NCBI GenBank assembly: GCA_001600815.1
Contig: BCKZ01000004.1
Location: 62,001 to 126,000, forward strand
Reading direction: 5' to 3'
Length of the DNA: 64,000 nucleotides
DNA from: Alloascoidea hylecoeti
Lineage: Eukaryota
Below the pieces are notes generated by a model. The model searched no databases. It saw only the letters and a list, made by a program, of their open reading frames with translations, and was not told where the DNA came from. Positions 11,734 to 23,096 of the stretch are shown here, in pieces. How positions within the stretch are numbered: the stretch's first letter is position 1; each line of letters begins with the position of its first letter. The position numbers and the translations under genes are program-made.

Positions 11734-11858
11734 TTTCAATTGTGTATAAATATACTTGTGTTGGTAGTATAAACTGAATATATAAAGGAGATGGAAAAAA
11801 AAGGAAAAATTGCGGGTATTTATATCTTTTCACTAGATCACAGTACATCTTGATTCAG

Positions 11859-11879
11859 AAACAGCCGCGGATGAAATTT
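11859..11879. promoter_or_regulatory. Possible UAS-GABA (Uga3-like) CGG-containing site upstream of UGA2
   Basis: AAACAGCCGCGGATGAAATTT resembles the AAAARCCGCSGG core of UAS-GABA. It lies upstream of a minus-strand TATA-like ATATAAATA at 11817-11825. Confidence 0.25.
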
Positions 11880-12195
11880 AACGGGTTATGTGGTCACGTG
11901 CACGGGAATTGATGGGTTATCTGTTTCGAGGGATAGCCGCCCTTTCCCACGCCAAAAAAGGGTGGAACTCTCTTGTTCTGCCGTGTGGGAAAGGGAAATC
12001 CGTAAGAACACAAATGTGGGGGGTCTCCGGTTCTTTCCGTCGTTACCCACGCCCAAATTATAATTTCCCGTGGGTTATGTAATGTGTGGTGCACGTGGTT
12101 GGGGATGTGTATATTACATACCGGTAGTAGTATAATTCATCACTAGCATTTCCAGTTACAACACACCTTCTTTTACCACTTTTCAACACTGTAAA

Positions 12196-13767
12196 ATGGT
12201 GTTAGCTGATTTAGGGAAACGGATTAATGATGCGGTCACGGGTCTTGCTCGTTCGAACGTTGTTGATGAACAAGTCATCGACAATATGTTAAAAGAAATA
12301 TGTAACGCTTTATTGGAGTCGGATGTTAACTTTCAATTAGTCGCAAATTTAAGAAAAAGAATTAAAATCAAAATCAATGTTAGTGATTCTCCAGGTATCA
12401 ACAAAAAAAAATTAATTCAAAAAACTGTTTTTGATGAACTATGTTTATTAGTTGATTGTAAATCAGAGCCTTTTACTCCTAAAAAGAAAAAATCAAATGT
12501 TATAATGTTTGTTGGTTTACAAGGTGCTGGTAAAACGACAACCTGTACAAAATTAGCTGTCTATTATAAGAGAAGAGGGTTTAAAGTTGCGGTTGTTTGT
12601 GCTGATACTTTCAGAGCTGGTGCTTATGATCAATTAAAACAAAATGCAAACAAGGCAAGAGTTGCTTTTTATGGTTCTGTAACTGAAACTGATCCTGTTA
12701 AAGTCGCTGCTTTTGGTGTTGATTTATTCAAAAAGGAAAAATTTGAAATAATTATTGTTGATACTTCTGGTAGACATCAACAAGAAGCTGAGTTGTTTAC
12801 CGAAATGATCCAAATTGGCGAGGCTGTTAATCCAAATCAAACGATTATGGTTTTAGATGCTTCAATAGGTCAAGCAGCTGAATCACAATCTCGTGCTTTT
12901 AAAGAGTCTGCTAATTTTGGTGCTATAATTTTAACAAAAATGGATGGTCATGCAAAAGGTGGTGGTGCTATATCAGCAGTTGCTGCAACAAATACTCCAA
13001 TTGTTTTCATTGGTACTGGTGAACATATCGCAGATATTGAAACTTTTTCTCCAAGACAATTTATTTCAAAACTATTAGGTATTGGTGATATTCAAGGATT
13101 AATGGAACATGTTAAATCTTTAAATTTAGATCAAAAGGAAACAATGAAACATTTAGAACAAGGTATATTCACAATAAGAGATTTTAAAGATCAGTTGGGT
13201 AATATTATGAAAATGGGTCCTCTAAAACAAATTGCTAGCATGTTACCTGGTGGGTTTGGGCAAATGTTAAATCAAGCCGGTGAAGAAGAAACTACAAATA
13301 AATTAAAAAGGATGATTTACATATTAGATTCAATGACTGATAAAGAATTGGATAGTGATGGTAGAATTTTCATTAAAGAGAAAACAAGACTTGTCAGAGT
13401 TGCAAGAGGTAGTGGTACTTCAGTAACAGAAGTTGAGACTTTATTAATGCAAACTAGAATGATGGAAAAAATGGCAGGTATGAGTAAAAATATGATGTCT
13501 GCACAAAATAGTAAAATGAACCCTCAACAACGAATGAAAATGATGCAACAAATGAAAAATGGAGGTGGAATGCCTGATATGAGTAGTATGATGAATATGC
13601 CCGGAATGCAAGATATGATGAAACAATTTGCTGGAGGTGCTGGTGGGATGCCAGGAATGCAAGATATGATGAAGCAATTTGGTGGTGGTGGTATGCCTGA
13701 TATGAGTAGTATGATGAATAATCCTCAAATTCAAAAAATGATGCAACAATTTGGTGGAGGTTTTTAA
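12196..13767 (+). CDS. SRP54: Signal recognition particle 54 kDa GTPase
   Basis: [45 protein letters not shown], and a Met/Gly-rich M-domain tail with [10 protein letters not shown] repeats. Confidence 0.98.
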   Translation: MVLADLGKRINDAVTGLARSNVVDEQVIDNMLKEICNALLESDVNFQLVANLRKRIKIKINVSDSPGINKKKLIQKTVFDELCLLVDCKSEPFTPKKKKSNVIMFVGLQGAGKTTTCTKLAVYYKRRGFKVAVVCADTFRAGAYDQLKQNANKARVAFYGSVTETDPVKVAAFGVDLFKKEKFEIIIVDTSGRHQQEAELFTEMIQIGEAVNPNQTIMVLDASIGQAAESQSRAFKESANFGAIILTKMDGHAKGGGAISAVAATNTPIVFIGTGEHIADIETFSPRQFISKLLGIGDIQGLMEHVKSLNLDQKETMKHLEQGIFTIRDFKDQLGNIMKMGPLKQIASMLPGGFGQMLNQAGEEETTNKLKRMIYILDSMTDKELDSDGRIFIKEKTRLVRVARGSGTSVTEVETLLMQTRMMEKMAGMSKNMMSAQNSKMNPQQRMKMMQQMKNGGGMPDMSSMMNMPGMQDMMKQFAGGAGGMPGMQDMMKQFGGGGMPDMSSMMNNPQIQKMMQQFGGGF

Positions 13768-16700
13768 TTTTTTGTATAATATTTATTCGTTTACAATATC
13801 ATTATTATATTATTACTTTTATAAAAAACTAATAACTATATGTTCATATTTGTGTGTGTTACAATTTAAAATTAATTATTTTATAAACTTTTTTTAAGCG
13901 CGCTATTTTTAATCACTCGTAATTGTAGTTATAAAAATTCAATGGCATTTAGAAAACATGTACAGTACCTTACCTGTTATTGGTGTCACCTATCCGAAGC
14001 TGATATATTGTAATATAACTTATATTCCACAGCCAGGCACGAGTATCTAATATTTATCTTCAGGTCTGAAACACAGGAATGGAAAGATTTAAATATTAGA
14101 TACCGTTGTCCTTACACCGATTATAAAGTTAATATACACAGAAAATGCAAGAACTTATTAACAATGAAACAACCGCTTGGTATAAAATCTCTGGATAAAA
14201 TTAACACAAATTTAAAAAATGAAAGTACACTTAACTGTTAAGGCGTCATAGTACAATTCGAGTCCAATTGCATAATCAATAAGAGATATTAGGAGAAAAT
14301 CAATAATGATTCTTGCTAGCTATTGGTTAAAAATAAGCTTGCAATCGACACTGGAATTGTCGTTGTATATACTGGACGATTTGGTTATCGGTATCTATTT
14401 ATATCTTTGAAATTAAAAATAATGTTGCAATTGCAATTTACCCAAAAATGAATACCTCATAATTAATATTTCAATTGCAATTAAGCTTTATCGGTATCAT
14501 TCTTTAAAATGAAACGAAGTGTTAGCTATAGCTCCCTATAATTTTGGAACAAAAATCCAAGAATAATTCTATAGATCTAAATTCATAAGTTGACGTTATA
14601 ATTATCAATTCCTGGTCAACTATGTAATTATTTTATATATGGTATTATATGCAGTATTTATCTAGATCTAGAGAATATGAGTTTTACATTCTTCATAACA
14701 GAAATAATTCCTTATAATTATGTAAAACGTAATCGCGATGCATCGCATTGCATCCATTGAGACTCACTTATACTATATCGAAAGTGTTAATCAGTAATTG
14801 TTTAATTCAGCTTATATTAGGGCTGTATTTATGTATACCGCTATTTTCAGTCAATTGCAAGGATTTATATTTAATACTTAGCAATACTATTATACTAATA
14901 ATTAATTAATTGAGAACCCATCCAACAACAGTCGAAGCTTAAGATAACTTCCATATAATGCAACAATAATGCAGAACACAACAGCATAGAAGTAAATTAT
15001 ATAAAGTAATTATATGTATATGGCAACCACGGAGTTGCCTATAGTAGGGTTTATAGTGATGATTAATAATATATATACTATTTAAGCGATTTCTTGGTCG
15101 TATAAGATTGGTTCGTTTATTTTCCATGTTAATCCAAATTTTCTCTTTAGTGCTTATATATTATTCAACATTCTTAACCAATTGTTTACCTAACTTCCTT
15201 TTTTTTTCTGAGTAGGCATTATTTTTTTTTTTAAATGAATTCGAAAGATACTCCACCTGATAAGGTGACCCATTTGACGATAATCAATTCTTCATTAAAT
15301 TTGCGCTACATTTCGAGGTTCGCGAGTCATGAACTATTGTAGCGCTTGCAATCCATGTTCCGTAGTCAATTGATGGAAATTCTCTCTCAATTGAGTAGTT
15401 ACTTACTCAGATCTTCTCGGAACAGATTGCAATTGAATTGGAGGTGTTTCAAGATTTGTTGCTGTCTACCTTCACATTCTGGGGTATATTTATGAGCGCG
15501 TGTAATACTGTCGTGTATGCATGTCGTAAGATCTTTATTATCATCACCGCGCCTTCCTTTTCGCTTTTCTCATGGTATATGTAAGCGGAGTTCAAAATCT
15601 TGGGTGACATTTCTAAACTTTATTCTAAAGGAAAAATCTTTTTTGGATTGGTTATAGTTCCATATTTCATTGATGGTTCATTTTTATCTTTTGGAGAGCA
15701 ATAGTATTCCTCAACGAGAATAGCATAAACACAATATAAGAAATTAATAATCCAGTCGAACTCCATGTAGCTGTAGAAATTATAATTATAGATTTCTAAA
15801 TAACCATCATGTATGCATGCATTTACAATTACAACACCAATCCTAATTTCAATTTGTAATACATGTAGTTAATGCTCTACGATCTGTGAACTTATTTAGG
15901 TTCTCAAACTAAAAATGTTTATACACATAACTGACAATCCTAGGGCTGTAGCTCCAATCGGAATGTACTTTAAACAATGTAAATGCTCTTATTCTAACTT
16001 TTCTATAAAAAATGACAATATAAACCTTATGGCATATTAATGATTACTCTACATTGAAAAGATTATATGACAGCTGTACTGCATTGATTAATCTAACTGA
16101 CCTTGTTATTGTTACCCCGGCTCATAGGCAAGATTTCATTATCCAAAGAAATGCTAGGAAATCATTGGTTTAATTAATGTTGTGCCAGGTCAAAATTTGT
16201 GATCATTATGAGAAAAGGCTTCTAGTTGCAATCAAATAAAAATATTTAATCTTTTCCTACATGATGAACAGTTATACAGATGAATAATATTATACTTGTC
16301 CATGGAGTTCTAGATCTCTTTACTTTTGCCCAATTCATTATCGGCAACTGTGGGTAATATTAATATAGGTATTTCAATTTGTGCGCGCTCCATATATGCA
16401 GTTTATATAATAATCTTATGCAATCTATCGGCTATAGCCAATCATTGGTCAAATGACGAGCACTGATATCATACACTATATTATAATTGTCATATAGAAC
16501 AACCCAAGTTCTTCCATTTCTGTAATTATGGTGGGGAACCAGTACATCATAAATAAGTACGGATCACATGTGATTACAACAACAATGTGAGTACAACATT
16601 CAAAATTCGAAAGCTTATAAAACATGTACATGTGTGAAAAGTATTCGAAACGATCATAACTCTTTATAGAGTGCTATTTAGTATTTTCAATAAGCAGACC

Positions 16701-17261
16701 GTTTTTTGAGATCCCACAAAGATAATCAGCCGTGTGTTTGATGAACCACTTACAATTTAAATTTACAACTAAGATGCATGCGATATATAGAGTTTGGTAT
16801 GACAATGATTGCTTATATATTGTAAAATTTTGCATTAGTCATGATTGCAAATATATAATGATATTTGATTCTCAAAAAACATAGTTATAATTAATTTTTA
16901 TTTGTTAAAAATACACGTATAGCAATAGCAATATAGCAAATTATCAGCAATATTAATATTAAAAGCATCCAATTGGAAACGTATACGTATACAAGCATGC
17001 GGCTGCATATAGGATCTTAATACAGTTAACGTTACAAACCTAATTCGTATATGATTCATGTGACTAGTGGTCTTACATAATTTAATCGGGTTGAATTACT
17101 CATCAGAAAATGTGTAAGTATAGGAACGTACCGAAATATACGCTAAAGCGGTGTGACTGCTTTATCCTTTTTTGAAAGGACTCACAACCATTGGATTTCC
17201 AGATTTTGTGAACCTTTAATTTAACACAAGCAACGTCAACATAAAATCTTCAAAACAAAAA

Positions 17262-17684
17262 ATGTCAAACGTATCTAGTGAACTTATCTGGGCTATCACC
17301 AAAAAGCAAAATGCTTTCCTTGTCACAAGACGATCATCAGGTGGTGTTGCTTTCTCCCGTGATCCTTTAAATGTTACTGGTGAAAATACACCAGTCCATT
17401 CTGGATTAGTTAACAACAAAGCCATTGGTGTTTCTACAAACGCTAATGGATCTATTCAAATTTTGAAGAAAGTTGCCAAGTATAACAACAAGCCAGCTAA
17501 GAACGTTGCTGTTTCTACTTTCAAACAATACAAGTCACAAAGAAAAACTACCCAAGCTGTTGGTAATGCAACCAAGAAGTACCGTACTGATTTGCAAGAA
17601 GCTGCTGTTATCAAAGCATCTGCTTTATTAAGAGCAAGAAAAGCAAAGAAGGTTTACCCAAAGAAGGTCCGTGGTGGAAACTAA
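17262..17684 (+). CDS. 60S ribosomal protein eL28 (L28e family)
   Basis: 140-aa basic protein SSELIWAITKKQNAFLV..FSRDPLNVTG..SGLVNNKAIGV..YRTDL..A..KASAL; strongly biased codons; A-rich start context. Confidence 0.92.
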   Translation: MSNVSSELIWAITKKQNAFLVTRRSSGGVAFSRDPLNVTGENTPVHSGLVNNKAIGVSTNANGSIQILKKVAKYNNKPAKNVAVSTFKQYKSQRKTTQAVGNATKKYRTDLQEAAVIKASALLRARKAKKVYPKKVRGGN

Positions 17685-18212
17685 AGGATTGATACATGAT
17701 GCATGCAATTGTACTTTTTATGCTATATAACATTCTAATGAATCAAAATCTTTAATTGAATAAACCTTTCCATAAACTTGAATTGTCAAATTAATTGTTT
17801 AGTATTAATTTCATCTAGAAATCAATTGTGTGTGTAGTGTAGCATTACATTATGTTATTGTAACTTAAGATTGTCTAAATTTCAATTGTAGGCAAGAAGT
17901 AAGGTGGTAATAGCTACTAGCGGAATTACACTATGACCGTATACCAATGTTACGATTTCTCCAGTGGCGAAGTTAGAAAGCTGACAGTGAACTAATTGAA
18001 ATCAAGAGTCAACGAATTATTCCTAGCAGTAGAATACGAATGACATGTAATCTAGTGCTGAATCTCTGATGCATGCATTTTCAGAGGGTGAAATTAGCCC
18101 TAAACCTAGGTTTCTTTAGTGATTACGAACGAGATTTTCAAAAACCATTTTCTTTGAATATGTACTGTAACATAGTTGGGACTGAAGAAACACCGAGTGA
18201 TGCAATACCAGA

Positions 18213-18470
18213 GGACCATAATTCCCTATGTTAAATATATTCACCTTAGGGCCAAGAAATTTTCATGGCCACACTTTATGAAATTCAATTTTATTCAATT
18301 GCAAGAAATGGAAGTAGCTTGAGTAGGCAATTCTCAGTCATTGATCAAATATACCCTGTAGTGTGTATAAGACTGTTTGTGGACCATAATGGACCGTGGT
18401 AAGCAACCACCTTATGGTCAAGAAATTGGCATGGTTCTTGGTAACTACAGTTTATAAAATTAAATAATTT
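18213..18470. repeat. Degenerate direct duplication, period about 166-168 bp
   Basis: GGACCATAAT at 18213 and 18381; CACCTTAGGGCCAAGAAATTTTCATGG at 18242 versus CACCTTATGGTCAAGAAATTGGCATGG at 18408. Confidence 0.6.
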
Positions 18471-20211
18471 CCAATTACGATTTACAAGTAACAGATGTAG
18501 AGTCATAGACTAAGACTATTGTCATTCATTAGAATCATTACTCTGGTATGCGCTTTATGATTTTCCGTATTTGTGTAAGAATAACAAGAAAAATGGAATT
18601 GAATTGAACGGATGAAGAATTAAAGCAACTTTAATAATGATAATGATAATAATATAACTCCACTAAAGTAATTTATTAGTCCATTAATATTTTATAATTT
18701 TATTCACATGGATTCACATCCTTTCAATTATCCTAATACGTTGGGTAATCCACAGTTTAAATTTTTATTTTTGTAAATATTTTTTTATATGATTTGCGCA
18801 ATTGTAATAATGATGCTAACGGTTTTAGTCGCGGGGTCCGCAATATAATATGAATTTGATTACTTGACCGTTAATATATAACATTTTTTCATATCTATGG
18901 AATGTTATGTATATTATAAATTGAATAAAAAAGGAGAAAACATGAGATTTCCACTTCCATATACCATGTCAACATGTTATTAATATATAAATCATTCCAT
19001 TATAACATATAAATCATACAATTGTAACGGATTTATGTCAATGATGTGATATAGTCTACAGGAGGTATGGAAATCCCCATTTAATCATTAATCTACCATA
19101 AAGATATAATGGATTGTAAACAAAAATCCTTAGCATCATATTACGTTTTTTGATAAATTGGAATTAATAGATATTGATGCATATGGGCTGTGAGATTAAC
19201 ATATCAATATTAAATAATTAGATTAATATTATATTATATCCACATGCTTAGTTTCAATAATAATATCTATTAATATAAATTTTGATTAGAAATTGGAGAT
19301 TTAATTGGAGTTGCAATTGATAATTCATTTATGCGTGCGGATTAATATTTGCCTTATGCCGTAATGCATTCTAAAATATATTTTATAGAAAAATTATGAA
19401 GGTGTCGTAAAAATGCTAAAAATGAGACAAAATAGAAAGAACAACAGTGTTGAAGATCTATTTATTAATTTGACGTTGATTCAAATTGGATGTCGACAAA
19501 ATTTTAAAAGTTGCTACGGAGGAAGATCTCGATTTGGAAGTGAAACATTTTCAACGGTTTCCTTTTAAGAGTTGAAGAATTGTGAGTTGTAACGGTATAG
19601 AATCTACAGACGAATAATAGAAGAAAAGAAGAAAAGAAGATGGGCATTAATATCCTCTGAAATAGATCTTCCGAACAGATACGTGTGTCCCTAAACGGGA
19701 ATCGATATAAATAGACTTGGGTAATACAGGCCGCAAACAGAAATATTATTGTTATTCGAAGTGTTTTTACTTCCTCTGCCGATTTGCTTAGCCCCAATGC
19801 GGAACTCCAGGCCGATTCGACGTTGTTTTCTCCTCAATAAGTAATATAACAAGTGTATTGTTTAGGACACTGGAGGTACTATTATGAAAACTCCGCCTTA
19901 ACCGGAAATCCAGAGAAAGCTGGCAATGCACCGAAGGTTCTGCAATTCAAAATATCATTGGATCTGTCGAAGCGTTGCATCCGTTTGTGTGGTATTATGT
20001 CAGCAGCGCATCAGCACATCAGCTGCAAGGTACCCTTTGCGGGTGTCACAACAGGGCACGAGCGTGTCTGCGTACAGGCGCGTGGAAGCACATGAACAGA
20101 GCGTGTTCCGCAGCTGCAGCAGGCCTGATCGGGACGAGTGTGTTTTCTACAAATATAAATACCATTTTTGATCCTGTTTTTTTGTCCTCCATTCGTCCTT
20201 CTTTTATTCAA

Positions 20212-23096
20212 ATGTCAGAGCCCACTCCAACCCCCGTCTCTCTTTGCTCTGGCTCTCAGATCCCTCCTCTCCTCCACAATGCTCCTCCACCCTCCATCTC
20301 CACCTCCGTGCCCGCGTCCCAGACGGTTTCTACAACTGTGGCCCAACCCGTCTCCGAGGATTTACTATGGATGAGTCTCACTATGCACTCGAACTTATTC
20401 GGAGAAGACGAAGTGGAACCTGAACTCACTCCAAAAGTTGAGACCGAAGACTCCCAAGCGTTGACGTTAACTGCTTCCTCGAATCTTCCACATGCATCGC
20501 TCACAGTTAAAAGCACCAATAGCGTGTCTCCAGCTTATTCAGATGCTCATTCCAATGTAACCTCCATCACCATGGACGAGGATCAAGACAAGCGGGATAA
20601 AATTGATTTATGGCCCTTGGAACTTGAAGTCGCTCTCATCGAAGGTAAACTTTGCATTTTTCAAATTCTTTGTTGTACCCTATACTAACTTTAATTTAAT
20701 TTTAATTTTCTTTAGGTCTCATCCAATACCATAAGCAAAACAAAAAAGTATACCATGAAAATAAAAAGAACCGCCATAATGGTCGTTCAATCCTAGTTTC
20801 TGATTATATTCTCGCAAAAACTGGTGTTAATAGAACTAGAGCGCAAGTATCCTCGAAGCTTCAAGTCTTAAAGAGAAACCGCGTCAGATATCACGAAATA
20901 TTACACCTCATTGAGAAAGGAACTTTATTGGTACACGAGACTCCTGAAACTTTAGTTGAAGAAGCGCATAGTAGAAGAAAAATTCAAAAGTCAAAATCTC
21001 CAGATTTTATGAATAATGATGGCAATTATAATTATGGTTATAATAATTATAATGATTATTCAAATTATTCAAATTTGTTTACCATATCTCCAGAATCTTT
21101 TCAAATTAGATCAACTTATCAACATCCACAAGATATTCAATATACTATACCCGGTGATTTAATTACCGAGTTTAATACAAATTATCAAACAATTAATATC
21201 ATTACCGATTCAAATTATGCAGCAAAACAATCTTCTTTTTTCCAATCTCAATATCATAATTTAATTCTAACTCCTCATCATAATCATCAAAATATAATTG
21301 GTTTTTATCATATAATGTCAAATTTATATGTTCCTGATAATAATTCTTTAATTTCTCCACCAATTGATTTCATTTCAAAATTAACTCTTAGTCATGCTCC
21401 AAGAAATTTTAATTTAAGTTATACTGCAAATTCAGAAATTTATCAAAATAATCAATTAATTTATAAACAATCTGAAGATTTAGTAAATACTGATATCAAT
21501 AAATTAAACATATCATTTATAAATCATTATATAAGTGATTTCTTGTTAATAATGACAAATAATGGTTTAACATTATTTGAAAAAGTTAATAAATTAAGAA
21601 GTTTTAATGTTTTATTAAAAATAAATATTTTAAATTTACATTCAGGTGAAAATTTTAATGTTTTATTCTTATGGGAATTTAACTTAGCATCTGCTTTAAA
21701 TTTAGCTAAAACAAGTTTTAATAAAATCATGACAACATCAGATCTCTATTCATATTCAATGAATAATATTAGCACCAATAAACAACCAAATATTATTATT
21801 AATAATAATAATATATCAATTCCTGGTGTTACAACCGCTGCAACTGCTGCAACATTAACTGGTGGAGCACTACCATTAACAACACAGTATAATGCTTTAG
21901 GTCATTCGAAAAATATTTCAAATGATTCAACAATTGACGAAGAATTTACTTTAAGTTCAGATCCTGATCTCAGTAATATAATTGAAGGTAATACCAATAA
22001 TTCCCATTTGGAACTAGAACAACCAGTAAATAGTGTTCCTCTTCAAAGAACATCATCTGCTCCTGTTTTAGGTAGATGGTCTGGTAATAGTATAATTGCA
22101 ATCGAATCTGATTGTGATAACATTCCTGTAACAACGACTATTACTACCGAAGATTCTAATATTGACAAGTCACATGGTTATAAACCATCATTATCAATAA
22201 TTAATCCAAATAATTTTGAAGAAGATAATTCATTCAATGATAATCATTTATCAATTAATATGAATAATACCAATTATAGTACAAAATCTGCACCACCAAA
22301 TATTTCACATTTCGAAATTCCATCACCTGAAATTAATGTAAATACAAGTACATTGGGTTATAATTATATAACAACATGTACCCCAATTTCAAATACATCA
22401 TCAACTTTTGATAATGAATCATCAATTAATACCAATTCAATAATAACAAATGATTCATCAATTTGTTCAATTGATCAAGAATTACAATTACCAATGACAC
22501 CAAATTTATATCCAAAACAACAACAACAACAATCACACTTTCAATTAAATAATGGTATTGGTATGGTTACACCAATTACTACAAATTTTAAATTTCAAAA
22601 TCAAAATCAATTTCAAAAGCAACCACAATTTATTAACAATAATAATAATAATTTAGGATTTATAACACCTTACTCATTATCAAAACAACAACCATATACA
22701 TCTTCAAATATTATTTATGAAAATGATTTAACAACATCTTCAAATATTTCAATTGAAGCATCTCCATCTGAAAGACAGAGACAAATTCAATTATCTAATT
22801 TTTATAAATCAAAAAGAAATTTAAATAAAACTCAAAATTTCCAACAACAACAACAACAATCAAATTTTAATTTTAATCATAATTTACAAGATTTATCTGG
22901 TAATCAAGATGATACAAATATGAATTTAAATACTGGTCTTGGTATTGATTTTACATTTATTGAAGGAAATTTCAATTATAATAATAATGTAAATAATAAT
23001 ATTATTGTTAATAATAATAATAAAAGAATTAGAGATGATATTGATGATATTGAAAATGGATGTATTAAAAGAGTTAAAGGTAGTAATTGGTGTTAA
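20212..23096 (+). CDS. TEA/ATTS-domain transcription factor (Tec1/AbaA-like); exons 20212-20644 and 20716-23096, about 937 aa
   Basis: Splicing joins the 19975 and 20928 ORFs in frame to give DLWPLELEVALIEGLIQY...HNGRSILVSDYILAKTGVNRTRAQVSSKLQVLKR, matching the TEA consensus W..E.AF.EAL..Y...GRNELI..YI...TG..RTRKQVSSHIQVL. The remainder is N/Q/S-rich. Confidence 0.85.
20645..20715 (+). other. Spliceosomal intron inside the TEA domain (71 nt)
   Basis: Donor GTAAAC, branch point TACTAAC at 20683-20689, pyrimidine-rich tract, TTTAG acceptor; removal restores the reading frame. Confidence 0.9.

Noticed and set aside
11899..11908. TGCACGGGAA resembling the 5' end of U4 snRNA
   Set aside because: No downstream K-turn stem-loop, U4/U6 stem I (TGCTGGTTGAAA-like) or Sm site.
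11895..12097. SRP RNA next to SRP54
   Set aside because: No GCUGUAAUGGC Alu start and no helix-8 CAGG...GNRA...AGCA motif on either strand; kept only as an unidentified structure.
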